From contig JAZGDL010000332.1 of assembly GCA_036477795.1 (NCBI GenBank), forward strand, positions 1-62,694: 62,694 nt of DNA, given 5' to 3'. Positions 20,683 to 30,980 of this stretch are shown piece after piece (position 1 is the stretch's first letter; every line of letters starts with the position of its first letter). Origin of the DNA: Phycisphaerae bacterium (lineage in GTDB: Bacteria; Planctomycetota; Phycisphaerae; UBA1845). The notes under the pieces are model-generated. The model saw only the letters and a list, made by a program, of their open reading frames with translations, was not told the DNA's origin and searched no databases. The translations under genes and the position numbers were made by a program.

Positions 20683-20823
20683 TTAGGCCGTTGACGCGGT
20701 CGCCCTCGACGGTGCCAACCAGGAAGGCGTTTTCGACGTAACCCGAATCGTTTGCGTTGAACGTGCGATGGGTGACATCGAACACCGTTGCGAAAAACAC
20801 AACCTGATCGTTAAATTCGTAAA

Positions 20824-20872
20824 TTCGGGGGACATACACTTTAATTCAGAATTAAAGTGTATGTCCCCCGAA
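20824..20872. repeat. Perfect inverted repeat with 24-bp arms (REP-like; may terminate the 20889 gene)
   Basis: TTCGGGGGACATACACTTTAATTC-A-GAATTAAAGTGTATGTCCCCCGAA; related half copies at about 6329 and 9767. Confidence 0.85.
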
Positions 20873-20888
20873 CTCCCCGAACTCCCGC

Positions 20889-21314
20889 TCAACGTGTCTT
20901 TTTCGTCTGGAAGACCAACATATACGGAATGGCTGATCGCCCGTCGCGGTCCTTGAAGTTGCCGAACTTCTGGGAGTTGAGCCAGATGGCGTACGTGCGA
21001 CCGGGTTCAAGCCTTACGGGTAAGACAGAGGTCCGACCGTCTTTGTCGTAGCGGATGTCGCCGTCGATTTCGGGAAACGCTGCGTCGGACGTTTGGCTCC
21101 AAGACCAACTCTTATCCATCATCGGCTTGGAGAAGGTTACGCGAATCTCTTTGGTGTTTGGGTCGACATTGGCGACTCCGGCGACCGGTGTAGTTGAGAT
21201 GACGACCGGTGGAGCGGTGGCTACGGTCATCTTCTCCCGGGAATCCGCCCAAACGACGATGGCCGGGATGATGACGCCTAACGCGATGACGATGGTTTTT
21301 CTGGCGGGCTTCAT
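20889..21314 (-). CDS. Secreted Ig-like (Big_5-type) domain protein
   Basis: AAGGAG RBS; signal peptide; PPVVISTTP..NVDP..IRVTFSKPM..LEPGRTY. Confidence 0.8.
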   Translation of the reverse strand: MKPARKTIVIALGVIIPAIVVWADSREKMTVATAPPVVISTTPVAGVANVDPNTKEIRVTFSKPMMDKSWSWSQTSDAAFPEIDGDIRYDKDGRTSVLPVRLEPGRTYAIWLNSQKFGNFKDRDGRSAIPYMLVFQTKKTR

Positions 21315-21471
21315 GGGTGGTCTCCTTGTCGTGACACGAGAACATGACGGAATGGACGAGTTAGCGCACGGCGCATGCCCCCTCCATTACCACAAAGAGC
21401 GCCGCCCGTCAAGCTCCTCCCCAAGAGCTTTCCGCGGCACGGGCCAACCATCCTCCGCAGCACACGGGGTG

Positions 21472-21924
21472 CTACGGCCTCCGCCTCGTTTGCAGGATGC
21501 TCTCGACGTCGACCCTGGTGACCTCGCCGCCTTTGATCACCACCCCTATACGCGGCCGTGCTGCTCCGCCACCTTCCGGGACGACGAAGTATTTTCCGGC
21601 CGGAAGCTCTACGGTGGTCGGTTTCTCATCGTAGTTGCTGCGGTGGTTGGGAACATGTTGAACCAGGCCGCCCTTCTCGTCGTAGATTCTGTACGGTTGG
21701 TGCGGGTAGTACGAGACATCGCCATCCAGGAACGCACGCGTTTCCGTGTACACGATGAGATGGCCTGTCGGAGTGCGGAGCGGGCCGCTGGGCTCGACGG
21801 TGACTATGACCTCTCCAGGCGAGATTCGACCGTTCTGCGCGCAGGACACGGCCATCGCGCATATCGCAGCCAGAAGCAATGGTGTCGCACGCGACACCGC
21901 TAAGCTTGGTGGGGCTTCAGACAT
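21472..21924 (-). CDS. Hypothetical lipoprotein
   Basis: AVSC lipobox; LPAGKYFV beta-sandwich-like segment; repeat family A lies in its signal region. Confidence 0.65.
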   Translation of the reverse strand: MSEAPPSLAVSRATPLLLAAICAMAVSCAQNGRISPGEVIVTVEPSGPLRTPTGHLIVYTETRAFLDGDVSYYPHQPYRIYDEKGGLVQHVPNHRSNYDEKPTTVELPAGKYFVVPEGGGAARPRIGVVIKGGEVTRVDVESILQTRRRP

Positions 21925-21957
21925 TGCTTGCTCCCAAAGGGTGCTCTTACCACCCTA

Positions 21958-22749
21958 TCATCGTACGCCTACAAAACGTTTGGTCACGACCTTCTGGCCC
22001 TCCTTGCTCAGCGCCCAATCGATAAAACGCTTGGCTTCTCCCCGCGGGCGGCCCTTGGTGCACAGGTACAAGGGGCGTGTGATCGGGTAATTGGGGTTCC
22101 AGGCGGAGGGTTCCTGACCTTCGACCCAAAGGGGCTTCACTTCCGTGCAAGCGGGGAGGAAGGCGAAGCTGATATGGCCTATGGCGCCCCTCGTTTTTGC
22201 GACCACGTGGATCATCTCCGCGTCGGGTTCGACGACCACACAGGTCTGATAGCGCTGTTCCTTCAGAACGGCGGATCGGAAGATGTTATGTGTCGCTGAC
22301 GCGCGAGATACGATATAGGGTTGGATCTGAAGATCCTCACCGCCAAGGTCTTTCCAGTTCTTGGTCTTGCCGGTGAAAATAGCCCTGAGCTGGTCGATGG
22401 AAACGCTCTTTACCGGATTCTCGCCGTGAACGATGACGGTGATGGCATCCTTGCCGATCATGGTGCCGACAACCCCTTGGGCCAAGACGGCCGGGTCTAC
22501 GCCGCGCGCCACGCCGCCGATATCGGCGATCCCCTTGAGCGCCGCCTGCTCGCCCCCGAAGCTTTCCGGTTCGGTCCAGAGCGCGAACTGACACCTTCCG
22601 TATGGCCCTTCAGCATCGGCCATGAATCTCCCGATGGTCGAGGATCCCACATAGCGGAGGGTTCCGTTTTGAGGCATGCCGGCGCAGCCTGCCAATAGAG
22701 CAGACGCAAGCGCCACGGTCAGCCCCACAATACTCGTTCCCGGTTTCAT
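21958..22749 (-). CDS. PstS-like periplasmic oxyanion-binding lipoprotein
   Basis: LAGC lipobox; GSSTI, DAITVIVH..NPV, GAIGHIS and YPITRPLY motifs; no pstCAB in the window. Confidence 0.82.
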   Translation of the reverse strand: MKPGTSIVGLTVALASALLAGCAGMPQNGTLRYVGSSTIGRFMADAEGPYGRCQFALWTEPESFGGEQAALKGIADIGGVARGVDPAVLAQGVVGTMIGKDAITVIVHGENPVKSVSIDQLRAIFTGKTKNWKDLGGEDLQIQPYIVSRASATHNIFRSAVLKEQRYQTCVVVEPDAEMIHVVAKTRGAIGHISFAFLPACTEVKPLWVEGQEPSAWNPNYPITRPLYLCTKGRPRGEAKRFIDWALSKEGQKVVTKRFVGVR

Positions 22750-22810
22750 AAGCCTAACGTTCCTTTCTTTGGACCTTCTCGGTGATTCTACTATTCTCAA
22801 GCGGGCGCGA

Positions 22811-24331
22811 CTAGAACCTGATGTTGAAATCCAGTCGAAAGCGCCACTGATCGTCTCCGCTCTTGCCAAGAAGAAAGGCATCCGAGGACAGCCTTTCGGC
22901 GAGCAACGCCCACAGGTGAAGCACAACGGAATCACTGAGCTTGTACTGCGCCCCGAAAACGTGGCCGCGGAAGTTCGTGGCCAACGTAAAGTCGTCCTGG
23001 GACACCGCCGACAGGATAGCATCCCGTTCGATGTAGTGGAACTGATAGTAGACCCGCCAATCTCTTGTCTTCCTCGTTTCGCCGTAGGAAAGTCCCCCCG
23101 CCCAACCTTCTCCACGTCCGCGCACGGCGCGCGTATTGAACATGAATTCCCCGCTCAGCGTCAAGGGCTTGGGAAGACCTTTGTACGTAAGGGCGACGAT
23201 GGGGTTGAGAATACTGAACCTTGACACGAATTCATCGCCTTCTATGGCGTTGCCCGCGTTCTTTAATCGAAACGCAAGGCCGCCGTCGGGCGTCAAATCC
23301 GAATAGTGGTACCAGCCCAGCGCGGCGAGCAAATCCAGGTTGGAGGTAAGGCCCTTCTCGCCGGAAACCTGGGCGACAAACAGACTCGCTTCATCCAGTT
23401 CGTTCTGCTGAAGCACGAGGTACTCACCGATCGCGAAGCCGAGGCGGTCGAACAGTTTGAGCTTCCCGTTGGCGAGCGTGTAGCTGACGCTGACGCCCTC
23501 GGGCTGTATGTCCGCATCCCATACAAGTTCGCCGTATACGGGATTCATGCGAAAAGGATGGCGGAACTTGCCACCCGTGATCGAGAGGCCCGGAACCTCC
23601 TGCGGCCTGTAGGTAGCGTAGGCCCGGTCGAGGGTGACCTCGAAGCTCTCGAATCCGCTGCCGAAGTTCTGGTGCGATGATTTTGGGTCGATCGCGTTGC
23701 CGGTCACGATTCGTGCCCCAATGTCCAGCTCGTCGGAGAGTTGGTATATCGCTCCCAGGCGAAAGCGCAGGCGCTCGCGATTCCGTGTCGGGCGACGGTC
23801 GACGTTGTTGTCCGTTTCATGGCGCAGACGCAGGTCGCCATAGAGGTTCAGCTTTTCGAAAACATCGCCCACGGCGTCCAGTACACGGTCCCTTTCGACA
23901 TTCTGTGTGGCCAGGCTCGCCAGCACCTCGTTCTTGAGTTCCTCCCGCTGCACTTGGGGCGAGACCAGGGTTGTCTCCTCCCGAAGGGCCGAGAGCAATT
24001 CGCCAAAAGCCTCCTTGAACTCCGGTGAGAGGTTTGGCTCGTTCCGCAAGGCGGCGTTCAACTTCTCCAGCGCATTCAGTTTTGCCTGACGGACATCAGG
24101 GTCCTGTTCGCCTTGCGCCGCCGCTGCGGGGCGATCCGCTTGCTCAGTCTCCGGCGGCTCGGCGCGGCACGTGGCCGTTGGCGCTGGGGTCGCCAGCCAA
24201 ACGGCCAATCCCAAGAAAGCGTGCCATCGCACAACATAGCGACGACCATTCGGGCCCGCTGTGTGTGTGGTCAGGAAGCCCGGCCGTCGGAACCGCGTGG
24301 CACCAAGGACGATCCGCTCAACGCGTATCAT
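22811..24331 (-). CDS. Putative outer-membrane porin (Porin_5-like)
   Basis: GDLRLRHE..RERLRFRLG, LDRAY, LVWDADIQPEG, TNFRGH; C-terminal DFNIRF; start codon uncertain. Confidence 0.82.
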   Translation of the reverse strand: MIRVERIVLGATRFRRPGFLTTHTAGPNGRRYVVRWHAFLGLAVWLATPAPTATCRAEPPETEQADRPAAAAQGEQDPDVRQAKLNALEKLNAALRNEPNLSPEFKEAFGELLSALREETTLVSPQVQREELKNEVLASLATQNVERDRVLDAVGDVFEKLNLYGDLRLRHETDNNVDRRPTRNRERLRFRLGAIYQLSDELDIGARIVTGNAIDPKSSHQNFGSGFESFEVTLDRAYATYRPQEVPGLSITGGKFRHPFRMNPVYGELVWDADIQPEGVSVSYTLANGKLKLFDRLGFAIGEYLVLQQNELDEASLFVAQVSGEKGLTSNLDLLAALGWYHYSDLTPDGGLAFRLKNAGNAIEGDEFVSRFSILNPIVALTYKGLPKPLTLSGEFMFNTRAVRGRGEGWAGGLSYGETRKTRDWRVYYQFHYIERDAILSAVSQDDFTLATNFRGHVFGAQYKLSDSVVLHLWALLAERLSSDAFLLGKSGDDQWRFRLDFNIRF

Positions 24332-24765
24332 CGCCGCCTCTTTCTCTTGGCAATACTCTTTGACCACCTGATCGCCACATCTTCTACTGATGTGCCGTCA
24401 AGGAACTCGAAGTAGGCCTCCATGACCCTTACCCACCCGTCGTGACCCGGACAGGGATTACCGATTTCGCATTCCGCGGTCGCAAAAGGGCATCGAGGTG
24501 GATCCGCGGCAACCGGTTCGAAGGGGGCTACAACCTCGGCCAAGCAAACACCGCTCGCCGCGCGCGCCAAACGAAAGCCGCCGCCGGGACCGGGAGACGC
24601 GACCAATGTCTCCGACCTGGTGAGTTTACCTAGTATCTGCCCCAAGTACTTCACAGGAATTCCCAAGTCGTTGGCAATCTTTCTTCTCGGAACCGGATGG
24701 TCTTCAGCGTGCCGCGCGAGGTAGCACACCGCTTGTAACGCGTATTGACTCGTCAAGGTCAACAC
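24328..24765 (-). CDS. Rrf2 family transcriptional regulator with Cys/His ligands
   Basis: YALQAVCYLA, YLGQIL, GPGGGFRLAR and CPF...C....CPGH. Confidence 0.9.
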   Translation of the reverse strand: MLTLTSQYALQAVCYLARHAEDHPVPRRKIANDLGIPVKYLGQILGKLTRSETLVASPGPGGGFRLARAASGVCLAEVVAPFEPVAADPPRCPFATAECEIGNPCPGHDGWVRVMEAYFEFLDGTSVEDVAIRWSKSIAKRKRRR

Positions 24766-24792
24766 AAAGGATGTCCTCGGTGGCCTCGAACA

Positions 24793-25533
24793 TCACTGCT
24801 TCAAGGCAAACTCAACCCGCGTCTCTTGTCCGGGTCTGACGGTCACTTCCTTCTCTTGCTTGCCGAGCTTCTCGTGCCAGATTTTCACCGTGTGCGTGCC
24901 GGCGGGGACGTTCTCAAGCCGGAAAGTCCCGTCCTCGCCGGTCACCGCATAGTACGGATGCTCCGCCACGACGATCCATGCTCCCATCCACTTGTGTACG
25001 TCACAGCTGACGCGAATCCGTTCTTCGCGATCGAACGACACGTCCATGCTGGTAACGCGCCCCGGCATTGCCCTATTGAAGGTATCGTTTTTCGTCGCCC
25101 AAATATGCACGTTGTGCAGGATGCCGTCTCTGTTGAGAATCTGAAGCGTGCGGTCTTCGGGAACAATCACCACGTGCGGACGAAACCGGCAGCCAATCTG
25201 ATCCAACTGCACCGGGTTTTCGGGATCCTCCGCCGCGAAGGGTTTCCCGCTGCTGATCTTTTCGATCGAAGCCAAGACCCATCGCACCTTCAGGTCCTCC
25301 GATACCACAAGGTCGTCATTGAGGATGGGCTTCCTGCCGCAGGGCTCTATGTCAGTAGTCACTTGCAGCTTCCTGCGCTTCGGAGGTTCGCCCTCAAAGT
25401 TGACTACTCCGACGATCGTTCCACCCTCTTTGAGCTCCACTTCCTCGTACTTACCTGCGCGCGCTTGGCCTGCGGCGAGTCCTAACATAGCCGCAGCCAC
25501 AAGCACGGTCGTCCATTCGTTCTTCTTGCTCAC
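24793..25533 (-). CDS. Exported carboxypeptidase-regulatory-like/cupredoxin-like protein, paralog 1
   Basis: AAGGAG before GTG at 25533; DQIGCRFRPH, LHNVH, CDVHKWM, HPYYAVT..G.F. Confidence 0.82.
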   Translation of the reverse strand: MSKKNEWTTVLVAAAMLGLAAGQARAGKYEEVELKEGGTIVGVVNFEGEPPKRRKLQVTTDIEPCGRKPILNDDLVVSEDLKVRWVLASIEKISSGKPFAAEDPENPVQLDQIGCRFRPHVVIVPEDRTLQILNRDGILHNVHIWATKNDTFNRAMPGRVTSMDVSFDREERIRVSCDVHKWMGAWIVVAEHPYYAVTGEDGTFRLENVPAGTHTVKIWHEKLGKQEKEVTVRPGQETRVEFALKQ

Positions 25534-25744
25534 TGGATCGCTCCTTCCGAGCTTGCACAAACTGTCTCGCGCGGACGCGGAAACCCAACGCGCCACGAGG
25601 GCGTCAGAGCCTCCGAAAATAACGAATCGCCGACGCCATGTCTACGGCAAAGAAACGGCGGGCTGCCCAGCTAACTGTTTGTCGGCGGATCGCACGTCGC
25701 CCAAAACGCCGCGCGCTTGTGCGGAGTCTATCCCAGTCAAGAAT

Positions 25745-25965
25745 CTAATCGGTCAACTGGTCAGTAACTGACCGCTTGCACGATACTGACCACATTCAGC
25801 AGCGCAAACGCTGAGATATGTTCTCTAACGTGTGAACGCGCACTCCATCTGATCGCCAACGTATTCAAACAGGTCCACAATATACGATCGCACAAAGCCC
25901 CTCGTAACTTTGCTTCAAGTTTAGTTACTGGAAGACTGGTCAATCATTTCGTCCTGGTCAAGTTC
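25745..25965. promoter_or_regulatory. Divergent promoter region with repeated GGTCA/TGACC half-sites (candidate Rrf2 operator)
   Basis: AT-richer spacer; near-palindrome GGTCAGTAACTGACC at 25759-25773; CTGGTCAA at about 25936 and 25954. Confidence 0.35.
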
Positions 25966-26242
25966 TGACCTGTTATGCATGGGGATTGACTCCCATGGGG
26001 CCATCGTGCTTTGCGACTGGATGTGTACAGTCGGTCTGTCTGCGTTTTGACCAGCGCACACTCGGACCGTTATGTTATTCTATCGGCATCTCAACCGGAC
26101 TCGGCTGGTTTTGTGACATTGTTTTTTTTGAACGTGTTGCCTCTAATGTGTTGCGATAGTCGTGAGCGTTAACTACAGTGACAGTCTGTTGACGATCTCG
26201 CGAATGCGGACGTGTGTTCGCCGTCTTGAAGGAGGAGTAGCG

Positions 26243-27079
26243 ATGAAAGCGTGCGGTGTGGTACTCGCCGGGATCCTGGCATGCGCCGCCTCGGAAGCGG
26301 GAGAGGTGGAGGAAACGCTGAAGCAGAAGGTTTCCTACACGGAAGTCGAAGCAATAGAGGGAGGAACGATCTCCGGAAAGGTTTTCTGGAGCGGCGATGT
26401 CCCCGAGGTCACTAAGTTCCCCATCAACAAGAACGTGGAGGTCTGCGCCAAGCACGCCAAGAAGGAAATGGCGGACTCGCCGCGGTTAATCATCGACAAG
26501 GAGTCCAAAGGTGTGGAAAACGCGGTGGTCTTCCTGGCGGACATCAGGGAAGGCAAGTCGCTCGAGACAATCGAGACGCCCGTGTTCGACCAGAAGAACT
26601 GCACGTACGACCCGCACATCCTCCTAATAAGGGCTGGGGCGCGATTGCAGATGAAATCGAGCGACGACATCTTGCACAACATCCACGCGGTGGGCCCCTC
26701 CAAGTTCAACAAGCCCTTTCCCCTGCGGAACACGATCATCAAACAGAAAATGCGCAAGCCGGGCGTCTCCGTGCTCAGTTGCGACGCCGGGCACTCCTGG
26801 ATGAGCGCCTACATATTTGTCGTGCAACACCCGTACTTCGCCTTGACCGACGAGAAGGGCGACTTTGTCCTGAAGGACGTTCCCGCCGGCACCTACAAGC
26901 TGATGGTGTGGCACGAGGGATGGACGGTGGCCAAGACGGACTCCGATAGCGAGGGGAAGATTACGCGCTACACGTTCGACGCGCCGAAGGAGACCCAGAA
27001 GTCGGTCACCGTGTCGTCCGCAGGCGAAGTTGAGATGAGATTCGCGCTCTCGGCTGAGGGACTCGAAGAACAGGAATAG
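26243..27079 (+). CDS. Exported cupredoxin-like protein, paralog 2
   Basis: AGGAGG RBS; DQKNCTYDPH, LHNIH, CDAGHSWM, HPYFALT. Confidence 0.85.
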   Translation: MKACGVVLAGILACAASEAGEVEETLKQKVSYTEVEAIEGGTISGKVFWSGDVPEVTKFPINKNVEVCAKHAKKEMADSPRLIIDKESKGVENAVVFLADIREGKSLETIETPVFDQKNCTYDPHILLIRAGARLQMKSSDDILHNIHAVGPSKFNKPFPLRNTIIKQKMRKPGVSVLSCDAGHSWMSAYIFVVQHPYFALTDEKGDFVLKDVPAGTYKLMVWHEGWTVAKTDSDSEGKITRYTFDAPKETQKSVTVSSAGEVEMRFALSAEGLEEQE

Positions 27080-27257
27080 AGTGGGATGAATTCAGAATGT
27101 CGAACAGCGAATGGCGAAAGACGTCATGCGGAACGCCCCCGCGAGTCCCTGCGGAAGCGCTCCCCTGTCGGGTCGCGGTTAAACATTCGCTATTCGCTAT
27201 TCGACATTCGCTATTGGCGGAGAAGAGGTGTCGCACGCGACACCGCTAAGCAATGCC

Positions 27258-28187
27258 ATGACCGAAAACGCGAAACCTGCGGAAGCAACGGATTCGAATC
27301 ACGCTCCCTTACGGTCGCGTCTCGGTGGTGCTCCCGTGGTGTGGTCCTTCGCGATCCTCTTCGCCTTCTGGATGTTCTTTCAGATCGGCGTTCCCTTCAT
27401 CGCGAAATGGGTCACCGGGAAGGAGACCGCGAGCCTGACCGTCGACCTGGTCTTCACGCGGATGCAGTTCGAGGACGTCAAGGTGGGCGCGCCGCTTCCA
27501 GCCAGTCTGGTGAAGATGTACATGGGCATGACCACCGTGGCCATCCTTGTCTACATCAGCATCACGGACGTTGGGCTCCAACGGTTCGTCGCGCCCGTGC
27601 GGAATCTCTTGTTGGTGGAGAAGCCCAAGGGGCTCGTAGCGTTCAAGTACGCTTGCATGGCCGCCTTCGCGTTCCTGATCGCGTTCCTGGTCTACGATGC
27701 GAACCGGTTCCATTTGGAGCCGCCGACGGAATTGCGAACGATCCACCCCACGCTGCCGGGCAAGTACCTCGATATGAGCAATCCCTTCCCCTGGACGGAG
27801 GAGAACATCAAAGAGGGGCGCGAGCTCTATGTCGCCAACTGTTCCTGGTGCCACGGAGACCGGGCCGACGGGAACGGGCTGTTGGCCGGCGGGTTCAATC
27901 CGGCTCCGATCGATTTCTCCGCCGCCGGAACGATCGACATGCTGCCCGAGAACTACCTCTTTTGGAGGATCAAAGAGGGCGGCGCGGGGCTCCCCAACGA
28001 ATCCTGGCCGTGGGCGTCCGCTATGCCGGCTTGGAACCCGTCGGGCAAGGGGACCGGAAAGGTGTCGCACGCGACACCGCTAAACTTGGATATCCCGGCA
28101 GAGCATCGCTTGAGCGACGAAGACATATGGCTGGTCATCATGGGAGCCTACGATGTCGCGGGGCGGAAACCCGCAAAGAGAGACTGA
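27258..28187 (+). CDS. Membrane-anchored monoheme cytochrome c (set 1)
   Basis: Three hydrophobic helices; CSWCHG; LFWRIKEGGAGLP..PWASAMPAW. Confidence 0.88.
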   Translation: MTENAKPAEATDSNHAPLRSRLGGAPVVWSFAILFAFWMFFQIGVPFIAKWVTGKETASLTVDLVFTRMQFEDVKVGAPLPASLVKMYMGMTTVAILVYISITDVGLQRFVAPVRNLLLVEKPKGLVAFKYACMAAFAFLIAFLVYDANRFHLEPPTELRTIHPTLPGKYLDMSNPFPWTEENIKEGRELYVANCSWCHGDRADGNGLLAGGFNPAPIDFSAAGTIDMLPENYLFWRIKEGGAGLPNESWPWASAMPAWNPSGKGTGKVSHATPLNLDIPAEHRLSDEDIWLVIMGAYDVAGRKPAKRD

Positions 28188-28188
28188 G

Positions 28189-29913
28189 ATGAAAGGGCTG
28201 CACGCTCCCCTTCGGGTCGCCGCTAAACTCAGTGCTCTGGTGGTGATCGCCTGCGCCCCCCACCTGGGGCGAGCACAGGAGACACCTCCGCCTGAGAACG
28301 AGGAGACCGTCCAAGCGGGCAAGATCATCTATGAGATGCGCTGCGCAGCGTGTCACGGGCTGGAGGGGGACGGCCAAGGCCTGGCGGCGCCCCACATGCT
28401 CCCACAGCCTCGCGACTTCACGGACATCGTCTATAAGCTCCGCAGCACGGCCTCGGGGGAGCGGCCCCTTGAAATCGACCTGTTCCGGACGGTCAGCCAG
28501 GGGGTCCCCGGAACGCCCATGACCTCTTGGCAGGAGATTCTCTCGGAGCGGCAGCGCTGGCAGGTGGTGCACTACATCAAGACGTTCGCGGCGGAGGATT
28601 GGGCGGAGGAGCTGCCCGAGGACGTGGTCATTAAGCTTCCCGACTGGGAAGGGGTGGGGGGTGTCGCACGCGACACCGCAAAACGGGGAGATGATAGGAC
28701 GCTGGCGCGCGGCAAGAAGCTGTATGAAGTTCTCAAGTGCGGGGAGTGCCACGGGGACGGAGGCAAAGGTAACGGACCCAGCGCCAAGACGGTGCAAGAC
28801 GAGTTCGGCAACCCGATGTGGCCGGCCGACCTGACACGTCCCGACCTGTTCCGCGGTGGGAGCGGGATCCAGGACATCGCGCGGGCCTTTATCACGGGCC
28901 TGGGCACTACGCCCATGCCCTCCTATGACGACTATTTCACGCTGTTCAGCGAGAGCGAAGACCTGCCGGAAGACCAGGTAATCCTGCACGTTCCCCGCGA
29001 TACCAACGCCCTGGCGCTGGCACACTATGTCCTGAGCCTGGGCGCGAATCAGAGCCCCAAGCGCCAGCGCCGGGAGGAACAGCAGATCCTGGCGAGCTAC
29101 ACCGACGGAGAGATTCCGGACGATCCGGATTCTCCAGAGTGGGACAAGACCCAGGGCGTGATCATGAAGCTGTCGGCCCAGTTGACTGTAGCACCGAGAT
29201 GGCAGTTCGCCAACGTCGATCGCCTCCTGGTGGATGCTCTGTACAACGACGAGGAGCTCGGCATCCTCATCCAGTGGGACGACCGCACCGAAGACCGCGA
29301 GCACGAGGAGGACGACTACAAATTCGAGGCCCGCTCCAAGTCGGTCGCCCTCCCGACGCGGAACGACCTCGCAGAGCTGAGGCAGAAGGCGTTCGCTGAC
29401 GCGCTATCGATCCAGTTTCCCACCGGGACTGGAGAGGGGGCGAAGCGGCCCTTCTTCGCGCTGGGCGAGCCCGAGGCGCCGGTGGAGAGTTGGCGCTGGC
29501 AAGCCAGCCCGCTGGTCCGGGCGCTGGCAAACCAGCCTGCTGGTCGGGATGGCGAGAGATTTACGGCGAAGGGCTTTCATCTTCCGCCGGAGAACGTGGA
29601 GGAACTCTTCACGAACGCGAAATACGACGACGGCCGCTGGAAGGTCGTGTTCAAGGTCGCGATCGCGGAGGATAAGAGGTTTACGCCGGGGCAATACCTG
29701 CCGATCGCGTTCGCGGCGTGGGACGGCTCGAATGGCGAGAGTGGCACGCGGTGCTCGATCTCCTCGTGGTATTGGTTCCTCTTGAAACCCCGGGGAAGTG
29801 CTGCGCCCTACGCCTACGCCCTGTTGGCCTTCGTGATGATTGGTCTCGGCGAGTTCTTACTGATCAAGAGATTGAGAGAGAACCAACAAGATCCGGCCAT
29901 GCAGATTATCTAG
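28189..29913 (+). CDS. Diheme cytochrome c fused to an EbdC/NxrC-like heme b (DOMON-like) domain, C-terminal anchor (set 1)
   Basis: CAACH and CGECH; PRDFT..YKLRST; QWDDRT, DALSIQFP, AFAAWDGSNGE; C-terminal helix. Confidence 0.85.
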   Translation: MKGLHAPLRVAAKLSALVVIACAPHLGRAQETPPPENEETVQAGKIIYEMRCAACHGLEGDGQGLAAPHMLPQPRDFTDIVYKLRSTASGERPLEIDLFRTVSQGVPGTPMTSWQEILSERQRWQVVHYIKTFAAEDWAEELPEDVVIKLPDWEGVGGVARDTAKRGDDRTLARGKKLYEVLKCGECHGDGGKGNGPSAKTVQDEFGNPMWPADLTRPDLFRGGSGIQDIARAFITGLGTTPMPSYDDYFTLFSESEDLPEDQVILHVPRDTNALALAHYVLSLGANQSPKRQRREEQQILASYTDGEIPDDPDSPEWDKTQGVIMKLSAQLTVAPRWQFANVDRLLVDALYNDEELGILIQWDDRTEDREHEEDDYKFEARSKSVALPTRNDLAELRQKAFADALSIQFPTGTGEGAKRPFFALGEPEAPVESWRWQASPLVRALANQPAGRDGERFTAKGFHLPPENVEELFTNAKYDDGRWKVVFKVAIAEDKRFTPGQYLPIAFAAWDGSNGESGTRCSISSWYWFLLKPRGSAAPYAYALLAFVMIGLGEFLLIKRLRENQQDPAMQII

Positions 29914-29939
29914 CTCGAGATAGAAGTGAGGACAATCGT

Positions 29940-30959
29940 ATGAAGCTAAGAACATTTTTTGCCGTCCCAGTCCCGATGTACATCGGGATGATCGCGGTCC
30001 TGGGAGGATGCGTTGCAGTATCCGGCGCGCCCGGCGAACAGAAAGGTGTCGCACGCGACACCGCTAAGCGAAGAGATGTCGCACGCGACACCTTGGAACA
30101 TTCCGGCGCGCAATCCGCAATCCGCAATCCGCAATCCTCAATCCCCAATCCCCAATCCCCAATCCGCAATAGGATTGAGAGGTTGCACTGGGAAGATGCG
30201 ATCGCCATTAAGACCCCTGTTTCCTATGATCTGGTGGAGCTCGGTCGCAGGACGTACAACACGCGTTGTCTTATCTGCCACGGACGGGAAGGGCACGGGG
30301 ACGGGTCGGCAGCGAACTACCTCGACACCAAACCGAGGGATTTCACCAAGGCCATCTTCAAGTATCGCACTACGCCCCAGGGATCTTTCCCGCGCGACGA
30401 GGACCTCTTCCGATCCATCAGCGTCGGCTTCCCCATCTACGGCATGCCCTCCTTCCACTATCTCTCCGCCCGCCAGCGGTGGGGCCTGGTCTACTACGTG
30501 GAGAAGCTCTGTGAGGCAGGTTTCCGAAAGAGCCTGGAAGACGACGGGGACTCCGACCCTGACGAGATCAAGGAGATCCTCGACGAGAGGCTCACGCCGG
30601 AAAAGCCCCTCGACGTGGGCAACGCGCCGGAATGGAACGACGACGCCATCGCGCGAGGCAAGACGGTCTACCAGGAGCTCCAGTGCGCCACCTGTCACGG
30701 TGACAGGGGCATGGGCGACGGGCCTTCCGCCAATGATCAGACGGACGTATGGGGCAACGAGCTCACACCCGTGCCCTTCGCGCTGAACCCGTACTTCATG
30801 AAGGCTGGTGGTCGGCCGCGGGACATCGTTCGGGTGCTCATGACCGGCGTGGGCGGAACGGGCATGCCCCGGTTCGAAACGCAGAATCAGGACGATTACT
30901 GGAAACTCGCTTACTACGTCCTGCAACTCGCCGACGAGCGCTCCGAAGAGAACCAGTAA
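29940..30959 (+). CDS. Diheme cytochrome c
   Basis: CLICH and CATCH; PRDFT..FKYRTT; GMPSF and GMPRF distal Met. Confidence 0.88.
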   Translation: MKLRTFFAVPVPMYIGMIAVLGGCVAVSGAPGEQKGVARDTAKRRDVARDTLEHSGAQSAIRNPQSSIPNPQSPIRNRIERLHWEDAIAIKTPVSYDLVELGRRTYNTRCLICHGREGHGDGSAANYLDTKPRDFTKAIFKYRTTPQGSFPRDEDLFRSISVGFPIYGMPSFHYLSARQRWGLVYYVEKLCEAGFRKSLEDDGDSDPDEIKEILDERLTPEKPLDVGNAPEWNDDAIARGKTVYQELQCATCHGDRGMGDGPSANDQTDVWGNELTPVPFALNPYFMKAGGRPRDIVRVLMTGVGGTGMPRFETQNQDDYWKLAYYVLQLADERSEENQ

Positions 30960-30980
30960 ATGTTCTGGAGAATAATAAGG

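Noticed and set aside
21958-22749. Complete phosphate ABC transporter or pho regulon
   Set aside because: Only the binding protein is present; no pstC, pstA, pstB or phoU in the window
25777-25792. Sigma54 -24/-12 promoter on the minus strand (TGGTCAGTATCGTGCA)
   Set aside because: The GG-N10-GC spacing fits but the match to TGGCACG-N4-TTGC is poor
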